A DNA stretch of 64,000 bases from Ascidiella aspersa (taxonomy: Eukaryota), in contig OZ004615.1 in NCBI GenBank assembly GCA_963924565.1, positions 16,182,001-16,246,000 on the forward strand. Reading direction: 5' to 3'. Positions 39,401-61,738 of this stretch are shown here, piece after piece; position 1 is the stretch's first letter, and each line of letters begins with the position of its first letter. The notes below the pieces were generated by a model. It was not told the DNA's origin. It did no database searches and was given only the letters and a program-made list of their open reading frames with translations. A program made the translations under genes and the position numbers.

Positions 39401-42400
39401 CAGTGTTTCCGTGTATCGAAAACCAACAGGTTTATTCATTTTTCTGAAGGCATTTTTGAGCCACCAGCTAGCATTCTTATTGACTTAATTAAACATAATT
39501 TAAGGGACGCTGAGTCTTACTGATGTGCTTTTTGACTGTAGAATCTGGTATACTCCGTGCACCAGTGTTATAAACAAGTTATTTAAAACTAATTAAGTCC
39601 CAATCCAAGTCATCAGTCAATCCCATTATAAGAGTAATCAACTAAATCTAGTTATTTAACAAAACTTTAAACTGTTAAAATTAGTGGTCCGATTTATAAA
39701 TATAAACTAAAAAGCAGATCACATATAGCAAGCAAGTGCATTTACGTGCAAAAATTAAAATAGCTAACCCAACTTTATTAAACAAAATGTCGAGTCTTTT
39801 GTCGGATAGACTTACGTCAAGACAATAGATATTGCGTAAAAGAAACGAGTAGAGTCAGTTCATTTGTAAGCAATGACTAAAGGTCCATTTAAGCCACGTT
39901 AAGTCGTTACAAACTGCCGTGCGCTGTCTCTGCGATGATTTTGTATTTATTTTTCGTTTTACTATCTGTGTGCTGTTAGAACTCCTCGCGCCGCAGCCGT
40001 GGATTTTGGTGACTTTTGGAAATCCTCGAATCTTTCTATCCGAAGTTACCAGAAGCCAGCTTTCCCCTTATCACTTAAAAGTGACAATCCGTCTGACGAG
40101 CCAGTATCTCATTCAGGTAGTTGTCGTCAATTTTCTCCATTTTATTGGAATACAAAGGGAAATGAACTGCAAAGTCAAAAAGGTCGAGTAGATCGACATA
40201 ATTTTGATTAAAACGTTTCGATACAAACTTGTATTATCTTGAGTTAATTCGACCGAGATTCTTTAGTTCATTGAAGATGATACAAAGGGAAATATTTTAA
40301 AAATACTTTCGAGTATGTAAGAAAATTGAAAGACACTCTTAGAATTTTTTATCCAAAATAAAACAGCCCCTATAGTCTTTTGAAGTCTTCAGTTATCATA
40401 CAATAGGATACATTTTATTCTTTTAGATTTCATTTTTATTATTCGAAAATTTCCTACTTTTGTTTTCGCAGGGCTTAACATCGGTAGCGATGAACTTGCG
40501 CCTTGCAAATGAGTCTTGTCCAATCACGTCACATAACGTCATCGTAATGGCGACCTGTCCGAGACACAAGAAGTTGCAATTTACCTACAGCTCGTTCCTC
40601 CGCCAGGTGGCGCCTCTCACAGTTGAGCAGTTCGTAGCATTGGAGGCAAACGCGTCAAAAAACCTGCTGGTTGATTTGCCGGTTAGAATATTTACTTATA
40701 CTTATGATAAAGTAACAGTAATTACCTTGTTTTTTTTTAATATGCGAGAAAAATACTATATATAATTGCAAAGTTATACATCTACGAGGTAATTAACGGT
40801 GGAAACGTATTTGACTAAAAAGCCTCTGGCAAATAATACTTCACTATTCTAGCTTGATAATGAATTTTAAAGCCAAAAAGGTCGGGTAGATCGACATCAT
40901 CTTAAAAAAGACGTTTCGATACGCACTTTATCATTAGTTAATGCGACGACCCAGACTTATAATACTCTACCACTTCGATATTCTGTTGGATGTAATGTAC
41001 TGGCAATATTTCAAAACATAATTGGGTATAACTTTCATTTTTCTCGACAACTGCACAGACAAACTACAGGCCTCCTTCTTCGATGGCGGTTTCCATCCCT
41101 ATTTCCAGTAACGTCTACAACGTCCACCAACGTCTTCTCAACCAATCGTCGGCCTCTTCACAATATGGATCTGCAGCGAAGCTTCAGTAAGTTATGGTCG
41201 GTTGCGTAACCAACAAGGGTGAGGTAAGAGGCAATTCCTCCTAAAAACATTTTTTGTAAAACATTTAAAATGTATTCTCCTTGAAAATATTTAGATTAAA
41301 CTTCAAACAAACAGAGTCCGTCACATAATTTATTTTATTACGCCACGTTGTGACGTATTATCTATCGTTATCTTTCAAAAGATACAAATCGCCTCCCCAA
41401 ATAAAGTTCCTGGATCCGCTCCTTTAGGACGTTTTTATCCCATTTAGGGTCAAAACAAAACGTATTTTAATCGCTTTTAGTTAATATCTCGAAAATCCTT
41501 TCTGGCCTAACCCTAGCTTTGTGACCTTCAATGTGTTGCTTGGATTTTTTGTGTGTTTTGCACAGTGGCAGATTTGATTCAAATGTATGTCTTATTGTTA
41601 AGTATATGGCAAAAAATCGTTGTTTTCCGAAATTGTAAACCGCACCTTTAGTATGAAAAAATGATTGAGATTATTGCAAATAACTATAGGCTTGTTTCAG
41701 TGCAAAATTTCGGTAATCTTCATGACAATTTTATGGTTAAGCCCTTGACTCTGAATAACCTTTTTCTTCTTAAAGTCAAACAGCTACATCGTGGGGACTT
41801 TTTTTTAGGTTGAAGGGATTTTGTGCCGGAAAGTCCAAGCGAAGCGAATGCTCGTGCACTTCTGCAAATAAGTTTTCGTCGCTCGCAAAGTACAGCGACT
41901 GCAAAGAAAAGGTTATTATAAAAGCTACGAATTTGTTCGCCAACACGAATTAATAAATTGATATAATCACCAAGACTCAAAATAAGCATGCCCCATGCTT
42001 ATTTTTTAAAACAGTGTAACGTTAGTGCGGTATATCAACAATAAGGGCATTTTTAAAGTCCGTGCGTTTATTGTCTGCCGGGATACCGTTCGTTAACTTG
42101 GTATTGCTTTGTAAAAGTAAACGCTTTACTTTGGTTAATTACTAACAAAATTTTAAGGCCTACTTTTGTAATTAATTGACTTATTTATTTCTCTAGCCAG
42201 CAAAGTTTAAATTACTGATTTAAAGTTTTTGTAATTCAAATAGGAAATAAATTACAATAACGTAAACGTAAAATATGGCGAAAGTTTAAAAGGCAAACAA
42301 TTTTGGCCAGTAATTTAAAATTCACCTACCAATTGTACTGGACACCATGCTTTTTTAGTAGTATCAATTTTATAAAAATAATATTTCGAAGATATGTAGT

Positions 42401-44909
42401 GTACATTGCGGCGTTTACAAAACGTACTTTCACTTTGCGTTTATTTTATTCAGGCGTACAAGGTCACCTACGATACCTTCTACCACATTAAACTCTCAAT
42501 ATCGACCGCAGAAGAGCTGACAGTCGCCAATATGACGTCAGAACCAATCAGTGACGTCAGTGTAGAAGACATGTCGCAATATTTGGTTTACCTGGAAGAG
42601 GTAAACGGAAGGGACGAATCGGTGTACTCCGCTGACGACAACGCCGAAACGTTTTGTAAGCTCGCTTCGAAATGATTTTAATAATAAAACATAACGTAAA
42701 ACCTCACGACACCTTGAGCTATGATTTTTAACATAATTTTTTCAAGGTAAACCGTTTGGCCTGTTATTTCTAATTTCTCACGTTTATATGGTATTTCTAC
42801 ATCACCTTGAAGTTGATTTGGTCCTCCTGTATAGTTCCAACACCATTATTGGGCATTGTAATAGATAGCCACATACATATTACTACTGCTGTCATAATAT
42901 TGTTTGCCTTTACTCGAATGCAGGTCTAACATACTCGTCTTATCCTATATGCCAAGTGCGCCAAGGTACACCATCTAGCGCCCAACTTTTGCATTTTATG
43001 ACGTCAGGACGCAGCAAGAGCGTTTACAATGCCAGCGAGCTGTCAATCAAATTCCAGGTATGATTTGTCTTTAAGCAAAACTCGTTTGCTAATTTTCGCG
43101 TAAAACTTGACAATTGTTAGAACTTTCGTTGCGGCTTTGGGTGTGTGTTAATGCCAACATGCAATAGTCAAAAATTTAGGCCACAGTTGGTGAAATTGTT
43201 TTCATTTGAAACGCTTTCGCAACGTGCATGACCAGGCGAAATAAATGTAAAAAGTATGAACCACAGCGAAGTAAGACAAGTTTCCAAATAATGACCTTAG
43301 TATGACATAAGAGCTCAAGGTTGCAATATAAAAGTAAAAAAAGAAGTTACTGCAAATATTATGTCAGTTATTACTCCTTATTAATAAAAGGTTTTCTTTT
43401 AAAGGGTTCTGGTCTTTTTCACTTTCGCGTTCGCGTTATCGCGGGACTTTCTTTCTGCGATTTGCAAGACGAATTCCAGGTAACGCAAAAGTACGAGCTG
43501 AACAGCATACCTCTTAAGTTATATTCAAAATTTAAGTCGATTCAATGATTTGAGAATTTTAAAATGGAAGCTCAAAGCCAAATTAAGGCACTAAAGTGCT
43601 ACGTATAACATATAGCCTAAACACGAGCAGCGTTGTAATAGCACTAGTCGCATTTTGGGACTTGAAAATACCAAGGCTGCGAAGTCAGAGTCGGACTCGG
43701 GACTCGACGGAGTCGTTTTGTTTTGCTGGAGTCGGACTCGGGACTCGAGTAAGGCCACGTAAAACTACCCAGTCCGACGTGCGCTGTTCCAAGTTTTTAA
43801 ACTAGTATTGCTGCAAACTGTAAATCGTCAAAGTGTATTAGCAAATGGTGGAATACTTTTCAAACCATGTATTGTGATTAAATGAATTGTATTCCTTACG
43901 TGGGGATTGCTGAAAGTCCACCTTAATTGAGTTAATTAAATTGGCGAAATATATTATGTTAAGTCAGAGCCGAAATCGGGGCTAGAGTTTATTTTATCGG
44001 CCGGGGTCGGACTCGGGTTATTTTTAACCGACTCCCAGTCCTGGAAAAGAACTTTGACGCATATCTTATGTTAACTGCCCTCAGGTCTACGTCATAAATC
44101 CTCCTCTCCCGTTTCCTACGGGCACGATCATCAGACTGGCGGTGTCGTTCGCCATGGGCACGGTCATGATCGTGATCTACATGAAGTTCCTCTTCTCTAA
44201 ACCGATAGAGAAAAAAGACGAGGCTGGGTCGGCCTTGCCAAAAGAAGGAACCGGGATACAGGTTACCTTTTTTGGCGGTCAAGCCCACTATTTGGGCTCT
44301 TGAAATTTTGGGTGATTTGTTTCGAAGCTAAATAGCCGATTCCAAAGATTCTTACTTTTAAAGTTTTGCTCTTGTCCATTCGTATAAATTCTCACTTCAA
44401 AGGTGATCTCAACGCTTTACGTTAACATAAAATATGTCATATTTGTTTACTGAGCGGACAAGAGCATTTCTCCCACGTTTTCGGTAACCAGGTGTGTTTT
44501 AAAACACCCGTCAAACAATTAAGACATAGATCTTATCAGTTTTGTTATATTTAGACTGCTGCACGTTTTTGTAATTCGCTACATGGTGAAATGTGAGGAT
44601 TTCGGCTTTTATCGTCGATAACCGATTGTAATATTTACAGTCGATCGCGGTCATTTTTAAACGCTTGTCACTTGCATAATTCAATTGTTATAATCACCTG
44701 GGAAGGCATTGATTTGCTTACCGTGTCAGTTTCGGGTCAAGTGCGGAAAACGCTAAAAAGTATTCCAATAATAACAAGTCGTTCCAATCACAAACAAACA
44801 ACACAGCGTATGTTTACAGCGTGCAAGCTTTCGACGGACCACGTCCTACGTTGCAGAGGATGACATCAAAGCTATCCGTTCCAAGTTAAGATCAAGTTTT
44901 CAATCCTAG
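30494..44909 (+). CDS. CATSPERB: Cation channel sperm-associated auxiliary subunit beta (CatSper-beta), ~21 exons, ~965 aa
   Basis: Exons approx. 30494-30628, 33402-33533, 33995-34181, 34711-34863, 35506-35693, 36318-36423, 36794-36837, 37158-37283, 37757-37953, 38587-38734, 39074-39201, 39332-39429, 39980-40116, 40472-40681, 41059-41186, 41809-41911, 42454-42655, 42924-43057, 43405-43479, 44085-44261, 44820-44909. Motifs match recalled mammalian CATSPERB in order: HFLYLAVGPTLWLSTDGG, FLSSRGNVW, VTFGNP, LPTNYRPPSSMAVSIP, CAGKSKRSECSCT...SDCKEK, GSGLFHFRVRVIAGLSFCDLQDEFQVYVINPPLPFP, then one TM helix. AATAAA lies at ~44939. The 5' exons and the last exon are less certain. Confidence 0.9.
31281..31645. 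mobile_element. hAT-type MITE
   Basis: Perfect TIR CAGGGTTTCCCAA / TTGGGAAACCCTG, subterminal CGGACC repeats, degenerate TSD. Confidence 0.75.
37976..38319. mobile_element. hAT-type MITE
   Basis: Ends TAGGGGTCGGGAA / TTCCCGAACCCTG, subterminal TGGCT repeats, TSD TTTTAAAT/CCTTAAAT. Confidence 0.65.
40160..40250 (-). repeat. Copy of the hammerhead-containing ~95-bp repeat (degenerate core)
   Basis: Minus strand TTAACTCAAGATAATACAAGTTTGTATCGAAACGTTTTAATC...GTCGATCTACTCGACCTTTTTG, homologous to 18800-18890. Confidence 0.75.
40851..40942 (-). repeat. Copy of the hammerhead-containing ~95-bp repeat (degenerate core)
   Basis: AGCTTGATAATGAATTTTAAAGCCAAAAAGGTCGGGTAGATCGACATCATCTT...AGACGTTTCGATAC, homologous to 18800-18890. 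Confidence 0.7.
43672..44044. mobile_element. Non-autonomous element with GAGTCGGACTCG units
   Basis: Ends CCAAGGCTG / CAGTCCTGG with repeated GAGTCGGACTCGG. A related fragment lies at ~25790-25820. Confidence 0.55.
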
Positions 44910-46792
44910 CAAAAAAACGATTTTCATTTGCAAAGTACAATAAATTAGTATGCATGACAATTTCGTGTTACACGAGTAAAAGGTACACGATGTTGCAGTT
45001 TGCAAATTTTAACCGTCTTGGGATTAAGCGTGACATTTTATGGTGCTCTGGGGACATTGGAGACATAGTCGATGTGGTAGCCTATTCCTTTGCTGGCCAA
45101 TTCGCGTTCAGTTTCAACCCTTAGAACGCACATTGCTTGATGAATAGGTTTTACCAGATGTTAAGAGGTAATCCATTTTAATTAACAAACAGCTTATGTT
45201 GCAGCCAAGCATCGATTATACGGGCTGTAGCACGAAACAAGAGGGGATTTGCCTTAGTTATAAAGCAGTTTTTTTACACTACGGTATTAGATTTTTTATT
45301 GTTTTCCTCTCTGCTTTTTAACGTTTTACTGATCTGTCAGTTAACACCAGAGATAACTATATCTAGGTGCATTAACAAAAAAATGTACGCAATGCAGAAG
45401 TATTTGACTACGTGGTATAGGCTATGTTTAGTGACACGGTTTATGTTACGCTGGTAAGTGCCTGATAAAATATTGCCAGTAAATAAAGTTCGTAAATTAA
45501 AATCAAATTAAACTGCACCATATTGTCTTTTGATATACAACCTTCTGTTCTAAATGGGATGTGTACCGAAATGTAATTTAGGATAAAACGGTAACCGATG
45601 TAAAAATACGAAAATAAAGATTAGAAGGTTAAAAGCCTGCTTTGAAGACTCAACCTGTTACAACAATTACTAAAGGCGTTTTTGGTTTCCATGACTCGGG
45701 TAATGACCTTTATTAAATAGTCTTAAATACATATTGAATGGGGCTATGTATCGATTAAGGGGTTTTGCACTCAGCGGCGGAGTATTTTTCAATATTACTA
45801 TAGGAATATCTCGATCAAATTGGTCGCCATTTTATATCTTATGTTTCGTTTTTAGGTAAACTCGAAGTTATTGTTATTTAAATTTGCAAAACTCTTGTTA
45901 ACCTGCAATAATAAATTCAGCGGAAGTCCGTCAGGCTTGTAACATACAACTAAGGATGTCGTAGTGTGATAGGAATGACGTTTCAGTATGACGTAATTTC
46001 CAGTCCAATAATGAAAGACAACGATAGGCTGAGGCGGAGGCGGAGCATTAAAAAGCACATGAGAAGCGAATTTTGACGTTATTTGTTTGCCTGCGGTCAA
46101 TATAATCAATAAGCTTGCTTAACGACAGGTCATTCCGTAAAGCGACCTTTACAATAAATGTGACAAAGGAATATTGACTATTATATAGGCTCAGGCTGCA
46201 TTTGGAGTTTGGACTATATTTAAGATAAGACAATAACGATGATAACGGCGCCGATGGTAACTAGAGTTTTATCGTAAAAATGCGTAAGAATTAAGTTTCT
46301 GTGCAGTTGACTTTCCAGCAGTCTCTTGATGGTACATGATATACTGTAGAGGTAAGGTACTGACCATTTAAGCCTAACTTTAAAGTACTGATTTCGGGGC
46401 TTCTTCGTTTTGATACGTGAAAAGTACCGAAAAAAAGCTAAATTAAATGAACTGTCTACAAATTATGCTCATTAAAATCCTACTGCAACGCACATTATTT
46501 GGGTTAGGGTGCGGGTTAATATTTAGGTGTGGGTGGGTCAAGGAATAATAATAATTATGCTTGACACACCCAAGCGCTAACCCTAACCCAGATATTGTGC
46601 CTGAAGCATAATTTGTAGACGGTGACCTTTTTTGTATTTGTTGTACCGAATTGAAAGAGCCCCCTGGTTCAAATGGTTGAATTATCTTTAAAATAGCAAA
46701 GGGGCTATTCATCTGCACCCCAAAGTAGTTCAATTTGACGTATATTAATCACTAATGGTGCAAGTGCAGAAGAGTGCTTCAAATAACCCCAA

Positions 46793-47077
46793 GGTATAGC
46801 CACTCCTGGAAAGTATGGCTGATTTCGACAAGATCTCGCGAGTCCACCACCGAAAAAATCTGGGTGACCGCGTGCAACAAAGGTCTAAAAAGTGCACCTC
46901 AGGTAGACTTTATGTTTTTCTGATAAACTGTGTACTGCATACATTGCACTGAATGTATGGCGCACAAGCATTTTACATATTTGGGGTGCAGTTCAAATAT
47001 TTTTCCGCTTGCACTTTTAAAAGTTTGAAATAAACTCGCGGGTGCACTTGCCATACTTTCCACAGTGGGGTATAGCC
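46793..47077. mobile_element. MITE-like element
   Basis: Imperfect ~27-bp inverted repeat containing TGGAAAGTATGGC / GCCATACTTTCCA. Confidence 0.5.
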
Positions 47078-50000
47078 ACTTCCTAAGGCTATTTCCCTGG
47101 CTAACAAAGTAATTTAAATCGATTTTGGATTAAATCATTGAATATTGCAACACTCGGGATATTAAATTTAATACTACTTGTCACCATCCAAATGCTGAAC
47201 CCCAACCCCAACCCAAATCAATAAATAATCACTGATCGATGCAAGAGCATAAAAGAGCGATTCCTTTAAATAACCACTTCCATGAAAATATGTAAGATGC
47301 ATATTTGTCTGCTGTACTCAACCGGCAATGATGATTATTCATATTAGAGATAGACCAAAATATCAGTATACCAATAATATCGGCCAATATTTTATGAAAA
47401 TATGGTATAGCTTTTCCTGAAAAACAAACAAATTTCTTGTTTTTTTTCACCAAAAATTTGTTCAGCATTATGTAATGTTAATATGCAAAATAAGGGTTTG
47501 GGGTTAATTAAATATAGGAAGGCTAGATAAACTAAAAAGCTATTTTGTTTTTTATTTTTACTCATTTAATTTATTAACATATCCCAGAAATATAAACAAT
47601 AGGTATCGAGTATCGGTTGGCACAAACACAAAAAACCTGTTATCAGAGTATTTCTCAGAAAAAGTGATATCGGCAGATCTTTAAGTCATATATATATTCC
47701 TAGAACACCCAACACTTTGAGTGAGGATTCAGGTTTAATTATAAAAAGAATACACATTTACCACCAACTCCAAACTTTTCTCGTTGGCACATGCTACACA
47801 AAATCTGCAGAATAAGCTAAAATAAGTTGGTTATTAGTACCCCACCACTTAAGGCTACAATGGTTACCAATAATTACTAAGCAACCTTTTTATAAACTTG
47901 TTAAGCAATGCCTGTATAGCTTTATTTAATATTTACTTCTGTCATGGAAATAATACTGTATCATCTATCATAGGATGTAATTAACATTCTGTACCAACTT
48001 GGCCTTGTCATGTCCATTTCGTAGTTAGCACCTCTTTGTTTATGAGGTTGTGGCCCAAGTCAATCTAATTCAATAACTGGATTCTGGGGTTGTAAGCTAT
48101 TGCAGATTGATTGTGCATACAGCAGACTTAACAGAACTTACCTATGTGTGAGATAATGCATGGGGAGTTTGGTGGGTTTAGGTAACTTTGCTAGCCTAAT
48201 GTGTTAAAAAAGGGAAGTTAAAGGTGAAACGTGTACCAGTACTATTGAATCTAAAGTTGTTGCTTTTTATTTATACAGTCTGTTGTTCTTTTAAAATATA
48301 ACCTGTGTTCTACCATACTGATTGTGCTAAAATAAATTCAGTATCCCACGAATAAAGTTTTTCATTGTTGTTGAGGTAGTAGTATTTTGCTGATTGTATA
48401 ATCACATTTGTGGTACAGTTTTAATATTTCTTGAGAAGAAATGAAATTTTTAATTTCATTTAGTATTGCCTCGTAGTTTCCTTTATTCCACTTTGTAAAA
48501 CTATATTAGGTAGTTTGCCATAAATAATTAACCAGTAACTTTTTAGGATAGTATTAAATATTCATTTCTTATTAATTAATATATATATATACCATTTCTG
48601 ACCTAACAAAGCACAGCATGCCATGACATAACATTTGAAGTTAGTATAAGAATAACCACAACCAGCTGTATTTTAGATATAACATTAGTTTGTGCAAACT
48701 TTGACATTTTAGTTGAGATTTTGATTGAAACATATTTTACAATATATAGATTTATGAATGTTTTGCAGAAACATGACAATAGCACAAAATATACAATTTC
48801 GAAAAACTTTTACCAGAAATTTATATTTATTTGTAAATAGAACTTTGAATGGTTGTGAAAGCAGATGAGGAACATTTCAAATATAAACTCCACAGAGTCT
48901 CTGCATTGTCAGAAAAAAGACATTCCTAAAAGCTACTATTCACATCAAAATGAGTTTTTGCAAAATCACACTGCAAAATGTCAGAAAGAGGCCTTATATA
49001 CTCTAGCAAGTTTAAACAATTATTATCAAAAACCTAAATTTAATGATGACAATCATCTGTTGGAGTATCATGAAAAGCATTATATGAATAAAAAGAATCA
49101 AGCCTGCACGACTTCCTACAAAAAGCCTGTTCAACACTTTCCAAACACAAAAGAAACACAACGCAAAAGAAAGTGAGTTTTGAAGAATCTTTTAAACTTT
49201 GTTTTCTTAATAAATTATTAAATTGGTATTATGTCGAAAGTTCTACAGTATTACAATTTATAAAACAAGTATATTCATTAGTCTTTGTGTATTTAAATTA
49301 TATATACTTGCTCTCATTGACAATTTTAGAGGACCACTTAATGAAAACTAATTACTGTCTTAGAGTTTAGTATCATATAACTATTTTTTAAAACCTTTTA
49401 AAATAAACAATTTTTTTACTTGTGTAGACGCATATTTACAACCATACCAGATTTTAAAAACTAACTTACTATTGAAAATAAATATTACCACTGATCTTAA
49501 TTCGCAATCTTGTTTTATTGAAATTCCTTGCTACAAGCACTGTGCGCACATTATTGTTTACCATGCTACACAAAAGACGCTGGAGAGAAGGCCTTTTAAA
49601 AGCATTGAGCCGTAACCAAAGCTGCCATCCTAACACAACATCTTAGCCTAGTATTAAACTTCCCTACGCAGCTGGAGTAGTTTGCTCTACATTTTAGACT
49701 CCTGGCATTGGAATAGTTGTACCTGTATTGAGTTTAAACAATATATTTGGTAATCTTTAGAGTAATTTAGTATGTTTATATAGCAGGATTTAGATTTCTG
49801 AAGCAATCAGGCTATTAATGCTTTTTGGTAATTTTGTAGTTTATGTAGCTGTATATACCTTGGATTTTTGAACACATTGCAGGAAACTCTTCTGCATTAT
49901 AAAACTGCTTCATAGGAAATGACTGTGTGCAGCATGAATACATCAGTATTACATGTTGTATCATGCTTGAAGAAGCTTGATCATTTCATTTGCAAATTGT

Positions 50001-50097
50001 TGTTTGATTCTGCAGATACAGTTCTTCAGCCTCACTGGAAGTCACCTTGTGTAGCTTAAACCTAAACGGACTTAGTTTGCCCGAAGTGCATCGTGCA

Positions 50098-59813
<9,716 letters not shown>

Positions 59814-61738
59814 TCAACTCGACACCTAACTTTAGTTGACTGCTCTTTAAGGCCGTTGCTGCTTGTTAGATTCGGGATCAACCAAACTTAAAAAGGCATT
59901 TTTGCCCAATACCTTTTTTTTACCTTCTGTTTTTTGAGTACATTTGCAGTCGCGGCAACTTGTAGGTCGAACCTTTTTTTCTTGCAATACTTTCCGTGAC
60001 ACTTATGCCGGGCTGCTCTGTTTTAATTAGGCAAGTCGAGCTCTATTTATATAGGTAGGTAATATGTACATTTTGTGACCTGGCGTTTACGTGGATGTTG
60101 TGTCTTGCATTATATTTTTTTACAAAATGGAGCACAATACTGGATGAGGCGCGCATCACGTCCATTTACCTGCCCCATTGCCAATTTTTTGCAATTAAAT
60201 GTGATAATACTTTTATAATGCGCTTTTTGGTTTACTCCTAAAGCATTTACCGAGTTATAACAGGGGCAATTTAAAAGGCAACTTCAACCATTTAGAATCA
60301 TTGCGCTTGCCGATATTTTGACCAATCCCAATTTTTTCAAACATTTTGTCAGAAAGCTACTACCTTTTCTTTTTTTAACGCAACATAGAAAATAAAATAC
60401 AAATTAAACTAGTCGGCATCCTGGTGTGTCATGCAGTGAGAATTAGACATCCTAACAACTATGATTTTGTCATATTTTGTTTGCGTATTTAATTTTAGAT
60501 GTCCATCGAAATGTAATGTCCATCCCAAAAAAATTAAAACTTTAGATGTCTATCGAAGTGTTTTGAACGTTTGCCTGGTTGACTCATTGTTTCAGTAAGT
60601 TGCACCTCATTACGTCACCATATAATTTGACCGATCGAGTTCAGTTGTATGTTGCGAGTGGCATCGTGGCACCGTTCTGATTTTGTAAAAGTTCTGATTT
60701 GTGAAGCTCCGCCGTAAACTCATGTAAATTCTGCGCACAAAAAAGGCCCAGGGCAATTTACAGGCAAACGTACTGAGGACTGAGGATATTTTATACCGAG
60801 TATGGTCACATCATACCTGGTTAAGTCGAAGCTTATAGAATGAAAATAAGTCCTGAAACAAATTCACCGCCATCTTGGCGGCTACCTTGCGTAGAGTTCC
60901 TACTGTCGTTTGTACATTTCGGTACTTCAGTTATTAATATTGTTCTTTCAGCAAGACAATAACCCTAGAAGACAATCACCGGTAACGTAATTTTGACAAT
61001 TTTCACCCTAACCTAAATGGTAGTTTATAATTACAGTATCTCGTGCAGTAAATACGTTGCCTGTCCCGTTCTTCGCAATGAGTTGGTGTCCGACTATATT
61101 TTCTCCCGCCCGGGTGTCTGAGAGGTTGAAGTAGTTTACTTTTTTAAAGCGGTTTTGGCCCTGTTGCTGTCAATATTTTTGTTGTTGCTGTTGTTGTCTT
61201 CGTCGTTATTGCCTAGCGTTGCATTTTATTGCCCTTATTTTCGACCCACGTCCAAAGTAGACCCGCGATTCGTCGTGAGTCATGCTGCGGTCATCTTTTA
61301 TTTCGAGTTGGGTCACAATCCCGTTGCGGGACAGAGCGTATTGTTTTGTGCACCCGATACCTGTTGCGGTGCTTGGCGGTTACGTTTTTTGATTAAGTTT
61401 TTCCTTGAATGTATTATGCTACACAACACTCCACTTGCTGTTGCCGTTGTGATTGGTGTAGTATAATATATATAAATGCAATTTTCTGTTCGTTTTAACA
61501 TTTTGCAAAATATCTGATTAGAATTGTGATTTTTCAAAAAGTTTTTGAAAAAAAATGAGGATAAGGTTGTTGTGTCTGAATATCGGACGTTGGAATGATG
61601 TACAATTTAATATGCAAATTTTCACATTCCCTTTCCTGTCAACCTCTCATGTTTGTCTTACTGTATGGCGCTGTTATTTATTTATTCTCCCTGCTTTTTT
61701 CTAATACAGCGAAATAAAACTTCGTTTTCATTTTACAA

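Noticed and set aside
30494-44909. Assignment as CATSPERG, CATSPERD or CATSPERE
   Set aside because: The C-terminal motifs (NYRPPS, the C-x7-C-x-C...SDC cluster, GSxLFHFRV...FC.L..EFQ.YV..PLPFP) match the beta subunit.
46500-46590. Telomere-like GGGTTAGGG / CTAACCCTAACCC
   Set aside because: Only one or two units, typical of dispersed repeat interiors rather than a telomeric array.
60860-61470. Relatively GC-rich stretch with ORF 61155-61466 resembling a signal-peptide protein, and a YY1-like GCCATCTT
   Set aside because: The ORF has a non-ATG start, its hydrophobic run comes from a TTG microsatellite, and it has no splice or homology support. Left unassigned.
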